Assembly: GCA_002633005.1 (NCBI GenBank)
Contig: NMRA01000065.1
Span: 1,097,276-1,161,275 of the forward strand
Source of the DNA: Phoronis australis
Taxonomy: Eukaryota; Animalia; Phoronida
Length of the DNA stretch: 64,000 nucleotides
Reading direction: 5' to 3'
Below are positions 27,001 through 37,900 of this stretch, in pieces. How positions within the stretch are numbered: position 1 is the stretch's first letter; each line of letters opens with the position of its first letter. The position numbers and the translations under genes are program-made. Below the pieces are notes generated by a model. The model ran no database searches. It saw only the letters and a program-made list of their open reading frames with translations, and was not told the origin of the DNA.

Positions 27001-30000
27001 TGTCTTCGGAGGTCATAATCAAGGTCACCACTAAAGTACTGACCACTGAGGTTAGGCTGGTGTTGCTTCATCAAAATCACTACCTTTGAAATGTTAATTT
27101 GAAAGGTTACAGTAGGACTCCGAATATCGACTTGTTACGTGTGTCTGTCACAGTGCCGGCTCGACCATCGGCAATCACTGGATACGAAATTCTCGGCTAA
27201 ACTGTTACAGTTACAGCTCAGTAGGTTTCTTGGTCCCCTAAATATTTTAGTAAAACGTTCGTTTTGCTTTGAGAGAAGAATTGTTATTCATTAAGGATTT
27301 TTACTATTATTTTTAACCGCATTTGTGCAGTTTTTGTCGACGCTGATGTCAACTCTGAGGCTCGTAAGATTTGCGTTGACTTCTGAAACATCCACGGGCG
27401 GTTTACATGTCAGGTGTCCTCGACTTAAATTTTCACCCCGTTCCCGTTGGAATCTTTTCTGAAGGCTGTTGCCTTTTGTCTTTGTCATGTCGAGATTCAT
27501 ATGGAAGATAATGTTCGCCAAAGTCTGCGTGAATATCAGTTCGCATACCAGTCTTGCTTGACGAAGCCATTCTCTGATGTCGGACTTCCGCATCACGTGA
27601 CATCATAGGCGGAGCGATCTTCTGCTGGCGTAAGGTCAATTGTTTCATCCAAATGAAAACACATTCGACTAAGCCCATGAATACTGACTAGCTCACTTAA
27701 ATTTGAGACAAGGCCATTGAGCCATTGTGCCGAGAACTGTGCTGGAGACTGGGGTGAAAGATTCACACATTCTCCTCCACTTGTGTGCAAATACTGTTAG
27801 TGCACCAGTTTCCTAATGTCCTGCAGAAGTCGATTACTTTGAAATCAACTAGATTGTGACATCCAAAATGACTCAAATTGCCTATCATGTAGAAAATAAA
27901 AACATTTTATTCAAAGAAGCATGATGCAAGGCTTCTGGAATACACCAGCTTCTGTGAGACACATGTCTGCCACACACTGTCTTGTCTTCCAGCAAATGGA
28001 GTCTAATACATGCTTCTTTTAACCTATCCAGTACCTGACCCTGTACTAATCGCAGATCTTCAAATGATGTTCGACCAGGCACATGGAGAAGTGCTCGTAG
28101 ACAGAAAAGTTCAATGCCTTTTGGACCTGCAGAGTAAACACGGCCAATAAAATTCTTACCCCCTTTTTTCCTATAATGAAGATGAAGTTTTGAACCAGTA
28201 ATTGGGATTTGTAATCAATTATTTACAAAAACGTATTTTCAGACTTGAGTTGTTTTTTAGTGAATGGCTGTAAAAGAATAAAGAAATATGATTAAGTAAA
28301 ATAGGGCCATCCTAGATGGTGACAGCATTCTCGTTTGTCCTGGAGATAAGATTGTGACCTTGGGTACATTTTCATAGATCCTGTCGGGGACCGGCGAGGT
28401 GTATAGCCATGGAAATATTCGATTTCAACCGTTCAATAAATACAGGAATTGAACAGTTATCTTCAAGAAAGGGAATTCTATTGGGTTCAAAATTAACCTG
28501 ACAAACTTGTTTTACCCACTCGCTTTGCATTTTCTTGTCTCTCATTGATGTCCAGTTTATCAAACATTATCACATCAGAGTAATGCAGCCCACAGCAGGG
28601 CAGTAATACTTTGTTAGGATTGGAAAGATGAATGTTGCCAAGAAAACCTTACAAAGAAACAACAACAAAGACAATGTGAAACTCCAATGACAAGAAAACG
28701 AGGTAGCAAATGTGCCTGACTGATGCTTATGGCATTGTGGGTAAATACAGCTGGATTCGAGTGTCGCTGTATAATCCCGCACACCCACCTGGTAGCCATT
28801 TTCAGTTGATATCTCGATGTTCTCCATGACCAGTTTTAACCTGTTGCTTCAACAGGTTTGCAGATGCTCCCGACAGGTTTGGGTAACCTGCAACATACAG
28901 GCTTTGTGTTTGCCAATAACAAAGAATGCGGCTAGATCGAATCCCGAGTTACGTCTTTCTGACAGGTTTGGATTTTCAGTTGTGGAGAACACTAACTATG
29001 TAGCATGTCAAACATAAAATGAAAGTGTCACACATGAAAACATGAGTGCAATTCTACATGTGATAAACCTTATTTGATAACTTGAAAACTGTTTCGTAGA
29101 AAATAGGTCACGAAACATCTTACTTTGGACAGTCTTGGTAGCATACATTATGGTTACCGTGTTTAGTGTGGTGTCATTAGGTATCTACTTGTTGTGAATT
29201 AGAAACAGTAAACATTATTTTTATTTAAACTGCTTATTTGTTGTACAACTTATTGGTGTCCAAAATGTTTTTCTAACATCAATCCTCAATTCTGACAATG
29301 AGAGTAGCGACTTTTGTTATCTTCTGGTTTCTTCTCAAAATGACATAGACCATTCAAACTCCATCAAAAGACCCTCTTTTTCAATTCCCTTTCTGCGCAG
29401 TAATAATCACTATTTCGTGCTACATACCTGGGAAGCCGATGAGTCCGACACCGTGTATTCGGCATGCTTTATCAGAGTGAACCATGTTTAGCGGTCCGTG
29501 TGTCGTGTTTGTGAGTCCATGACTGTATATTTTGGATTAATGAATCGTGTTTTGCGAGTCCGATCCCGTGTATGTGAGTCAGTGAACAGAGTTTGCAAGT
29601 ACGCGAGTAGTGCTTTTGCGTCCAACACCATGTTTAGCAGTCTGTTAACCGAGTAGTTCTGTATTAAAATGGCTGCTATACAACGACACTACTTTCACTG
29701 AGACTCACACTTACAACATGAAACAAAAAGTTTTAGCCATTATAAGAAAGAACCAAGGTATGCTATTCTGTAAAAGTCCAATGAGGCAAAGCCTTGATAT
29801 AGGCACCAGTTTCAAAATGTTCAGCCAAGTAATGACTTTCATCTCGGTTGATCAATGGGTAAGCACCTGACCTGATGCGGGCCTACCCGAGCACTAGTTT
29901 ACAATTGAATTTGAACCCAAAATGCAAAAATGTGGTGATCGTCCTCTATTTATGACCATAATATTTCAGAGCAGGACTGATTCCTCAACAGAAATCACAG

Positions 30001-33000
30001 AACAAATGCTGAAATGAATGATTAAATTGGGAAACATGAAACCTTTCAACAGTTGACCCAGTGGGCTGGTACAGACAAAACCAGGAAAACTCCAGTATGG
30101 CATTACATGGGCATCAGTTTGCTTTTTACAAAAATGGGCAAAAAGTGGACCTATCTGCACTAAAGATTGGAATAAAGGTTGAGATCATGGCCACTTACCT
30201 CTAATATAAAAGTACTTTTAATGAGAATAAGCGAGGAACTCGCAGTCCTTAGTCACAGAAGTTTTAAAGTATGTGCTGCTGCAAAACACTGCGCTTAGTT
30301 TTCCGTCATGGGAACGAAAGGGAAGCAAGAGTGGGGTAGGGGCGGGTGTCTGCGCAGCCGCTTTTGAGTTGTTATTGCCCAACTGACTCGAAGCCAACAT
30401 CCGGATCTCCTTTGAGCATTTAGATTATTTATTATTGTTTATGCAGTTTGTGTGTACATATCTTTGTCTTTATTTCCGTATTTGCAATTTTAGCTTCTTC
30501 ATGTTGTGCCTTATTTTGTAAAATGTCACTAATTATTTTAAACTGAGTGGCATTGTATGCATAGGTGATTAGAGTGAGCCACGTGAGGCCTTTGCTTGTA
30601 CTGGATTTTGTACGAGAATTGCTTTCATGAACATCTGTGATTATGCCTAGCTATGATTTGAACAGGGTAGTTTGAGCTGCGATTTTAAACTTGGAAGTCC
30701 TAAGTGTATGTAAGATTTTCAATGTTAAGAATACATATATTATATGAATCTATCAGCAAAATATTTACCAATATACATTTCAGACGCCAGTAGTGATGAA
30801 TCCAAATGGGAAACCATTCACATTAGCTGCAACAGTCATGTGACCACACCGCCGTTGAAAACTGCAACGACAACTGATCCTGAAGGGGCAGGTGTCACTA
30901 CAGGTCAGTTATTGACCAAGCATCCAGTGTCCACTAGTGAAGGTACTTCTACAGACACCTCTAACACTCGCGGCATGCACTCTCACACGGCACTCCCAGG
31001 TATATTTACTGGTTTTATAACACATAAAACAGTAAAATTACGGCAGTGGGAGAAACTGCACTGGGAATGTGTCACAATTTGGATGGGGTATAAACTAGTA
31101 TGGTGATGAGAAGTTAGAACATTCAGTAGTCACCACGATAAGTAATGGGACATATCTAACAAAGGAACAGCGGATTTGCTATGCTCGTTAGTTCTATTTT
31201 CTTTTGCTGTAGTTGACTGATTTTTGCCATTCAACTTTCAATGACAGTTTTAGTTTTTACAGTTTCTAAAATGGTCAGGCACGAGCTGCTCTACCTCAAA
31301 ACCTGGTGACAAAGTTGTCAGCCTGGTGTCGATTTGTTGCGTATCAGTTGCATTAACGCAGATATTTGTGCCGAGTGAAGTTGCTCTGCATCAGCTGCCT
31401 GCACAGCACCACCTTGTATAGTGTAGTGTAGAGAAACAATACTGATATACAGAGCAATCGGGAGGATTAAGGTTATCTCAAACTTTATTTAGTGGCCTCC
31501 ATTCTAATTTGTATATCAAAAAAGATCAGGCTTTGTCAACTGGTAAAAGAAAAAAGATCAGTGATTATAAAAATATATTTTATATTATGCGCCATTTTCA
31601 TTATTACATCGATGCCTTTTTATTCAAAATTTCATTTTTAAGAAAGATACATTCAAAGCTGTATAAACCCTCGGTCGATTTTATTGAAACCTTTTTTAAA
31701 TGAAAACTTCACCAGTTACCTCAAAAACGCTGTAGGGAATTTTTTATTAGCTTTTTAGTTTAGTTTCGTTTCTATGACAAACTTTCAAAACGTAAGGCAT
31801 TGTTGCAAAAACAGCAGTTATGTTCCTCTTGGTTACACTAAAAAAAACTAGGCCTTTATATCGAAGATATTAACAGCGTTTTTGAGATGAATAAATATTA
31901 AGCTTGGGAAGATTCAGCAAAATCTACCTAAACGTTTTCGTGAACTCGTGCTCCTAAGTTCAAATTAAGTTAATTTGGCGAAGCCAAGAAAAAGCCGATT
32001 ACGTAAGTTGGGACACGTGAGAATCTCAAGGTCTTTGGTTAATTATTCGGTGAAAACTTGTTTTCGGTCAATATGACCTATACATTCCTTAACCATGTTC
32101 GCTATTTTAACATTCACTTGTACTGTTAACGGAATTTATAGTTTATAATTAACTTATCATTAAAACGTTTCAATATTGTTTGTGGGGTTTCCTGCACCTT
32201 ATGTTATCTAGGTCAGAAGGCGGAGTCAACAGTAAGTAGGCCAACAGTCCACTGTATATATAACACCCACCGGGAGGATGACTTAATAAACCAAGTATGA
32301 AATGGACAATAGAAACCGAGTCGGTGATAAATGCTCACCGTGAGGATGAGATCAGAATGGCGAAATGTCTGATAACCAATCAAATTAATGAATTTCTGGA
32401 AGGATTTATCGTTTTTTAACAACTTGCTAGGTTAGTGAACACTTAGTCATGGAGGCTTGCGGCAACTTGGATCATTCGTTTTCAACAGTCATATGCATGT
32501 AGACGCACAACTCCCTCAGGATCAAAACTATGTTTCGTCTTTGTTTTCCATGGCATCTTTCTATCATATGTACACCTTGTTGACTCAATATCATGGCGCA
32601 CACTCTGAATGAAAGGACTGGGAGTACATACAAAGGTGATCTATGCCTGGTGGCAGAATCGGATAAGTAATAAACAAATTTACACGTGGTTCCAAGGTGG
32701 TTCTGCTAAATATTTTTTCTCGCTACACAGCATATATTTCGAATTTGAAGTTCCTCGAGAATGAAGATAAGGTATTTAGCTAGACATGTGAAATATTGTA
32801 AAATCGGCCAATTTTTGTGACTAAGATTTGAGATATCCTTAATGGCAAGAGATTGAACAGACAGAATTATGAATCATGACGTTTCTCTGTATGTGGAATC
32901 ATTATTTTGTCGGATGACAAAAAGCATATACTACAATAATATTCTAACTAGCTCATCAGCAGATAAGGTAAAATTTCTTGTCAACAAAGTTTAACTCCTT

Positions 33001-34925
33001 CCAAAAAGCACAAGACCAGCTGACCTGAAGGCATAGATAAATAATCATTAGGTTCACTAACATAATAATAATTTGAAAATAATCACACACCGCCAGCCTA
33101 ATTCAATAGATCATAGTCAAGTTAACAAATCTTCCTCACATGCAGCTTCCATGATTGTTCATTACTAGCGTCCTCGATCTTTTTCTTACAAGCTCCTAGT
33201 TCTTTCCTCATCAACCTAAATGAAGGTCGTGTACCGCAGGAACAGTATTCAAACACACTGTCAAAATGCCTGTTGTCTTTACAGAAACGCTAATTGTATG
33301 TACCTAATGATCATACAACCACTGTACAATGCATATCATTCTGGATAACTAAAATGAACACCTGATCATTTCAGACAAAGTCATGTGGGCAGTGATTGGT
33401 GGTGTTTTATTTGTTATCGTCATTGTAATCGTCATTGCCATTATATGCTACAGGTAAGTGTATCACTTGAAACATTGTCAGGGGTCTTTAATTCATAAAT
33501 TCAGTCTTAACGTTATGTAGGACCCTAGAAAAATAGCCAAATTTAGCAACTTGGGGAAATCAGATGTCGGAAATTATTGATTGGATTCACAAAAAACTTT
33601 CAGATACTATGCTTAATGCAATGTACTCCAAAATGCTGTTAAGAATTTTCAAAATAACCCACTTTTGCAACAAGAGGGGCTTACAAAGCAGGACTTTGAT
33701 GATATTTAAGGAAAAAATAAAAAAGCTGCAAAAACAAGATTGGACTAACTTAGAAAACTGTAATAGCATTTTTAGACTTTATCTCTTATTAAATTCAATT
33801 TGGTCTCATAATTGATATTGTTATGCTATGAAAGTACATTCCCGTTTTGCTAAATTTTACTAACATGACCCAAGTGGTTGCAGATTGATATAGGACAACC
33901 TGTAACTTATTTTACATTATATTTGAATTTACTTTTGTGACAACAGGTGGCTTATACAATATAAAAAATGCCTGTACAATTATTGGTCTTGGACATGGTT
34001 GACTTGATAAGTATACCAAAATTACATGCAAGATATGTAAATGTTTAGTAGGTCACTTAACAGCCACATGAGATGAGAGCTCTATTACAAGAACATTAAG
34101 GATCCAACGTTTGAGGAAAATAGGTTGTTCCACTGTGAAGTATAACCGGTGTATTCAAATATTTAGCATTGCCAACTGACCAAGTAACAAATTAAAATTC
34201 ATTTCTTGTATTTCTCCTGGTCATGGTTTGACAGAAATTACACGATGAAGGATGCATTTGGTGTCAGCTAAGTTGTTACAATGAGCCAAAATTAAACTTT
34301 TCAAATATAACATGACGATGGAAAATGTGTTCCCAGTTTAAATACAAAACGTCAACTTTGACCAGTATACAAGTAGATTTAGGAATTGAATTTACTGATA
34401 TGAAACAGATGGACAGTGTTAACTGAAGACGAGATCTATTTCAGAAAACGGCGCAGGAAACCCCATAAAGAGAATGCAGTACGTTTCAACAATGACGACA
34501 ATAAAGTGTCCTTCGGTGATGAGGAGGACTACCCCGAAGACCATACATATGCCGAAGTGTCGGATCACCAACAGGGTGCCAACACTGCTCTGAAACAACT
34601 AAGGAATCCTCATAAACATAATGAATACTCGTATGCATATAGTAAGGTTCCCGATGACAATAAGAATACAACAGACTTACAGGGAGCGTACGCGTATGCA
34701 GATGTCCCACGCAATGACAAGAATTACTCACACGCACCAGACGAAGGTACAACAAACCAGCCAGTCAATTCAAGTACTGATGCACCAACATATGCAGCGG
34801 TGAACAAACCATTGAAAAATAACCAAGATGAACTGATTGAAAATAGCCTATACGAGGCTGACGTCACTGCAAGGGACACAATTCCAGCAGATGTGGAATT
34901 GGTTGAAAATGATATATATGAGTAA
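14936..34925 (+). CDS. Receptor gene 1: SP / SUEL-type lectin / CUB-like / S-T stalk / TM / Tyr-rich tail, 504 aa, 6 coding exons
   Basis: Exons 14936-15017, 19026-19322, 23071-23430, 30784-30999, 33375-33453, 34445-34925. All introns are GT..AG with phases 1,1,1,1,2. Total 1515 nt = 504 codons + TAA, with no internal stop. Confidence 0.85.
16095..17409 (+). mobile_element. Non-autonomous Tc1/mariner(pogo)-type element, copy A (gene 1 intron 1)
   Basis: TA-flanked TIRs CTGTATTCGCCCTAATAACCGCC / GGCAGTTATCAGGGCAAATACGG. Homologous along its length to 24814-26305 in the opposite orientation. Confidence 0.85.
18062..18187. repeat. Tandem repeat, 42 bp x 3
   Basis: CACATTCCTGTCTACATCYTCTGCCTCCCTACCGTTTCTGAG repeated three times. 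Confidence 0.97.
19026..19322 (+). CDS. Gene 1 exon 2, SUEL-type lectin-like domain
   Basis: tttcag acceptor and GTAAGA donor. Eight Cys in SUEL spacing: DIC..VEC..LYGKRPNC..YC..KCSGHHQC..SCPG..SNYMTVQYEC. Confidence 0.9.
19630..22130 (-). mobile_element. Degenerate L1/Tx1-like LINE, split by a nested insertion (gene 1 intron 2)
   Basis: IKLLLLPKLIHLFMALPSP and an IWYN-type block at about 21300-22100. The C-terminal NILIICLGKSHIY..PSLTYFKRE block resumes at about 19630-19990. Many stops and frameshifts. Confidence 0.7.
20000..21210 (-). mobile_element. RTE-X-like LINE 3' fragment nested in the L1/Tx1 remnant
   Basis: YKYLG..LFDKMVYPSLCYGAEIWG..GECGRFPL..KYW..SWAS..LTRLRCSNHSLLVESGR..ENEYH..C, in broken frames. 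Confidence 0.8.
23071..23430 (+). CDS. Gene 1 exon 3, CUB-like domain
   Basis: tttccag acceptor and GTATGT donor. DVC..FVSPGFPS..ECSCIL..IHIKFTS..GRFWF resembles the CUB SPxYP...C and terminal GF strands. Confidence 0.85.
24218..26770 (+). mobile_element. TTAA-type (Kolobok-like) non-autonomous element, copy A, truncated and interrupted by the Tc1-type copy B
   Basis: Starts TTAA|GGATAACTC. Segments about 24218-24750 and about 26330-26770 are reverse-complement homologues of 31471-32838. The right boundary is approximate. Confidence 0.75.
24814..26305 (-). mobile_element. Non-autonomous Tc1/mariner(pogo)-type element, copy B (gene 1 intron 3)
   Basis: TA|CCGTATTCGCCGTAATAA ... TTATTACGGCGAATACGG|TA; inverted relative to 16095-17409. 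Confidence 0.88.
27885..28160 (-). mobile_element. Helitron RepHel fragment
   Basis: IGRVYSAGP..ELFCLR..HVPGRTSFEDLRLVQGQV..KEACIRLHLLED, the conserved block between the Rep and helicase regions. Confidence 0.8.
30784..30999 (+). CDS. Gene 1 exon 4, end of CUB-like domain (last Cys) plus Thr/Ser-rich stalk
   Basis: atttcag acceptor, CCAG|GTATAT donor, phase 1-1. Encodes ETIHISCN then TTPPLKTATTT..STSEGTSTDTSNT. Confidence 0.8.
31471..32838 (-). mobile_element. TTAA-type (Kolobok-like) non-autonomous element, copy B, complete (gene 1 intron 4)
   Basis: TTAA at 31467-70 and 32839-42. Imperfect TIR GGTTATCTCAAA / TTTGAGATATCC with RR..YY termini. Confidence 0.8.
33375..33453 (+). CDS. Gene 1 exon 5, transmembrane helix (DKVMWAVIGGVLFVIVIVIVIAIICYR)
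   Basis: atttcag acceptor, AG|GTAAGT donor, phase 1-2, and about 23 uninterrupted hydrophobic residues. Confidence 0.9.
33505..33885 (+). repeat. Dispersed repeat, about 370 bp (second copy at 48136-48490)
   Basis: TCTTAAC..GGACCCTAGAA..TTGGATTCA.AAAAA..CAGATA..AGAAAACTGTAA..ACATGACCCA shared between the two copies. Confidence 0.75.
34445..34925 (+). CDS. Gene 1 exon 6, cytoplasmic tail
   Basis: Phase-2 acceptor gives a RKRRRK stop-transfer run. 11 Tyr, including YAEV, YSKV, YADV, YAAV, ENSLYE and ENDIYE-stop. Confidence 0.88.
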
Positions 34926-37900
34926 ACATATATCTGCACACAAAGTATCTGTTGGTATGGAAAGACAAGATTCAGTTAGAGAGTCTTCAGAATTATCATT
35001 GCTTTTGCAAGATGTAGAAAAATCATTTTTGGACCCTATCAAGCTGAAAGTCTATTTGGCATTTTATACTTCAGTACTTAGTTAACTTACTTTAAACTAT
35101 GCAATGGCAAAACATCAGTAATTTAGGATACAGACAAGTGAAATGTCATTTTTTGAAAAAAACATGAGCATCAAAAAGTTGTTTATTATGTTATAACTCT
35201 ATATCATTGCAAGCATTAGACAATGTTGTTTTTTCAGGAATTGGTAAGATCTTAACGTATTCATTATGAAAAGTGCGTGGATGGATCACGACTACAAAGG
35301 TTGTATTGTTTAGTTATATTTTACTGGAATAGCAATATATAAAGCTTTAAATGTTGTTTTTGTAACACAAAAGCGTACGGAAAAGTCCTACCAATTTCAG
35401 ACAAAACTGATTGCCAAAATTGCATTTTTTGGTTTTTCAAACAGTGTTGTGAATGCCCACAATTTTTCAAATATTTTTTGTTGGTATCCATGATACACAA
35501 CTGAAATATGGCAAAGCATCGTTCTGGTATGTCATTCGTGAAAAATGAGAAAAAAAATTTTGCCCGTTCGCCGTATTATGTCCTAGTTGGTGAGATTGAA
35601 ATGAACTCTAGCAGCTAGCATCATTCCATAAAGCATTCCTTTGGTAAACTCAAGAAATTGATCAAATTGTGAATTGTCTCTTGTAGTAGATGTTAGTATG
35701 TCATATGTATAAAGACTATGCATTTCATTATTACATAACATCCTTTCACTACACATACAGTGCTAATGACCCATACTCATGGGGGCTAACACCCACTAAA
35801 CACCATGGGTGTTGAGCTGAGAATGGGCTGATGATAGATTTTGTTGAAGTCGTTAATAGACTCACTCGAGTTAATGCCCAGACCATTGTATTGATGTCGC
35901 CTCTTTTTCATTATAGCGATGACTTAATGAAAAAAAAAACTCTGTCGCCAGATGGTAAAAGGGTATTTGGTGGACAACATTCAGCACCAACTAAGGTTCA
36001 TGTATCTTGGATTAGAGATTTTAAAGAGTGGAATTTCTTTGCGTTTTTGTATAAATTCTTTGTTGTGTGATAAATACCTTTCATGCAAACTGTCTGAAGA
36101 AAAGAAATTATGTTTTGCATTTGTCAACTTGACTCTGACGTCAAGTCTTCCTTACCAGAGTTTCAAAAGGTCAAGTGAGTTACTTTGATGCTCTCACAAT
36201 GCTAAAGACCTCTAATCAAATGCCTGCTATTCAGATTGACAAAAACAAATGAAATTAGTTTAGGAATACCTGAGCCTTCAGGATAGTGAGCTATGCTTTG
36301 TAAGTTAAAATTAATTTTGTTTACTCTGTAGTGAGCTATGTTTTGCTACTTCAATTATTTTAATTTTGTTTACAAAAGACTGTAGTGAACTATGCTTCGC
36401 AAGTTAAAAGTTTGCTTTTGTTTACAAAAGGCTGTTTATGTATGCCATAATACGGCTCAGTATTGAATCTTACAAAATATATTCTGGTTTCATAATTGGC
36501 ATTCACTAATAAAATTCATTTTCATAGAAAGGAATTTGTTTGTTCAAACTTTGTGTTCACTTTTCGTCTGTTTTGAAAAATTTTATTGACAAACTAGTTG
36601 TAGTTGAATAATAATATTGTGGTTAAATTGCCACATCCCAGACTTTGCCCTAACTCACATTTTTGTAAAAAAAACTACAATGCAATAACTAGTGGTACAA
36701 AGACAAAAGTTGTACAACGTGTCTATAATTATGCCAGTACTGTGGTGGAACACAGAGATTGTAGGCACAACGAAAAGGCAGTGAAATGGTGACATTAATT
36801 CCTGACAATGGCATAAAGTGCAGCCTCTTGAACCAAATACCACCGCATGGAAACTGGCTGGAAATTACATGGAACAAGTTGTTCTAAAACTTTGAGACCA
36901 ATTTGCTCCACTAGGTAGGGCATATTGACACATATGAATACGCTCTAAACAATTGTCAATGTGCAAACACAGGCAATACAAAATAACAAAAAGACGATAG
37001 CAAAATTTCCCCATGCTACGCGTGAACATTATAGTTCAAATGAGTTGGTTTGACAGTTCTGTTCAAGGCAAAATAATTCAGACAGAATACCATTTCCTCG
37101 TCATGAGCGGTAATCCTGTTAACAATAAAACTGATATGTGGACAAAATTTTAATTTCAGAATGCCACTCAGTAATCTCACAAATGGTATGGGAAGTTTTG
37201 AATTTGACAGTTAAATTTGACTTCTGCCCAGCTGTTATGAGCGGGTACTACAGATCATTTTGTCTGAATACTTTTGGGGTCCAGTGTAATACATAACATC
37301 AGTTGTCAGGAACAGGCAGCCATACCATTGTACCTAATTGCCATGTATTCCAACAGTAAAGCCCATTAACATAAGCACTAGGCTAAAGTCTGTGTGTTGG
37401 AGCAGGGAGTCCTCCATGGCTCATTTTTGCAGCTGGCAACAAACAGCACAAACAACACATGCAGCTGTATTAAAATTTCTTTTAAGTTCCAAAGCATCTT
37501 TAGATGTTTTGAAAAAAATTACTTATAAGCCCTTCTTGGAAATGCGATATTGCTGAAAACAATGGTCTTCAAACTGGAATTACCAACATGGGTGGTAAAC
37601 ACACGACCAATGTGCACACACAAAGACAATCCTACCTTACTGACAGTCTACCTAGACTTGCTCTCCACAGGAAAACTTACCTGAAAAATAAAAACATCTG
37701 CATTACTAATTTGTAATACCAAATCACAAAAGAATATACAAACAATATATTAGTCCCAAATGTATCAACTTAAAAGACCCCTTCTTGTGTCAGGAGTCAG
37801 AACCAGAAAATTTCCTGGCACATTATTATTAGTCAGCAGTCAAATTACAATAAGGCATTTTCTTAAATCTTACTCAATGTTTACCAATACAACATGTCAG

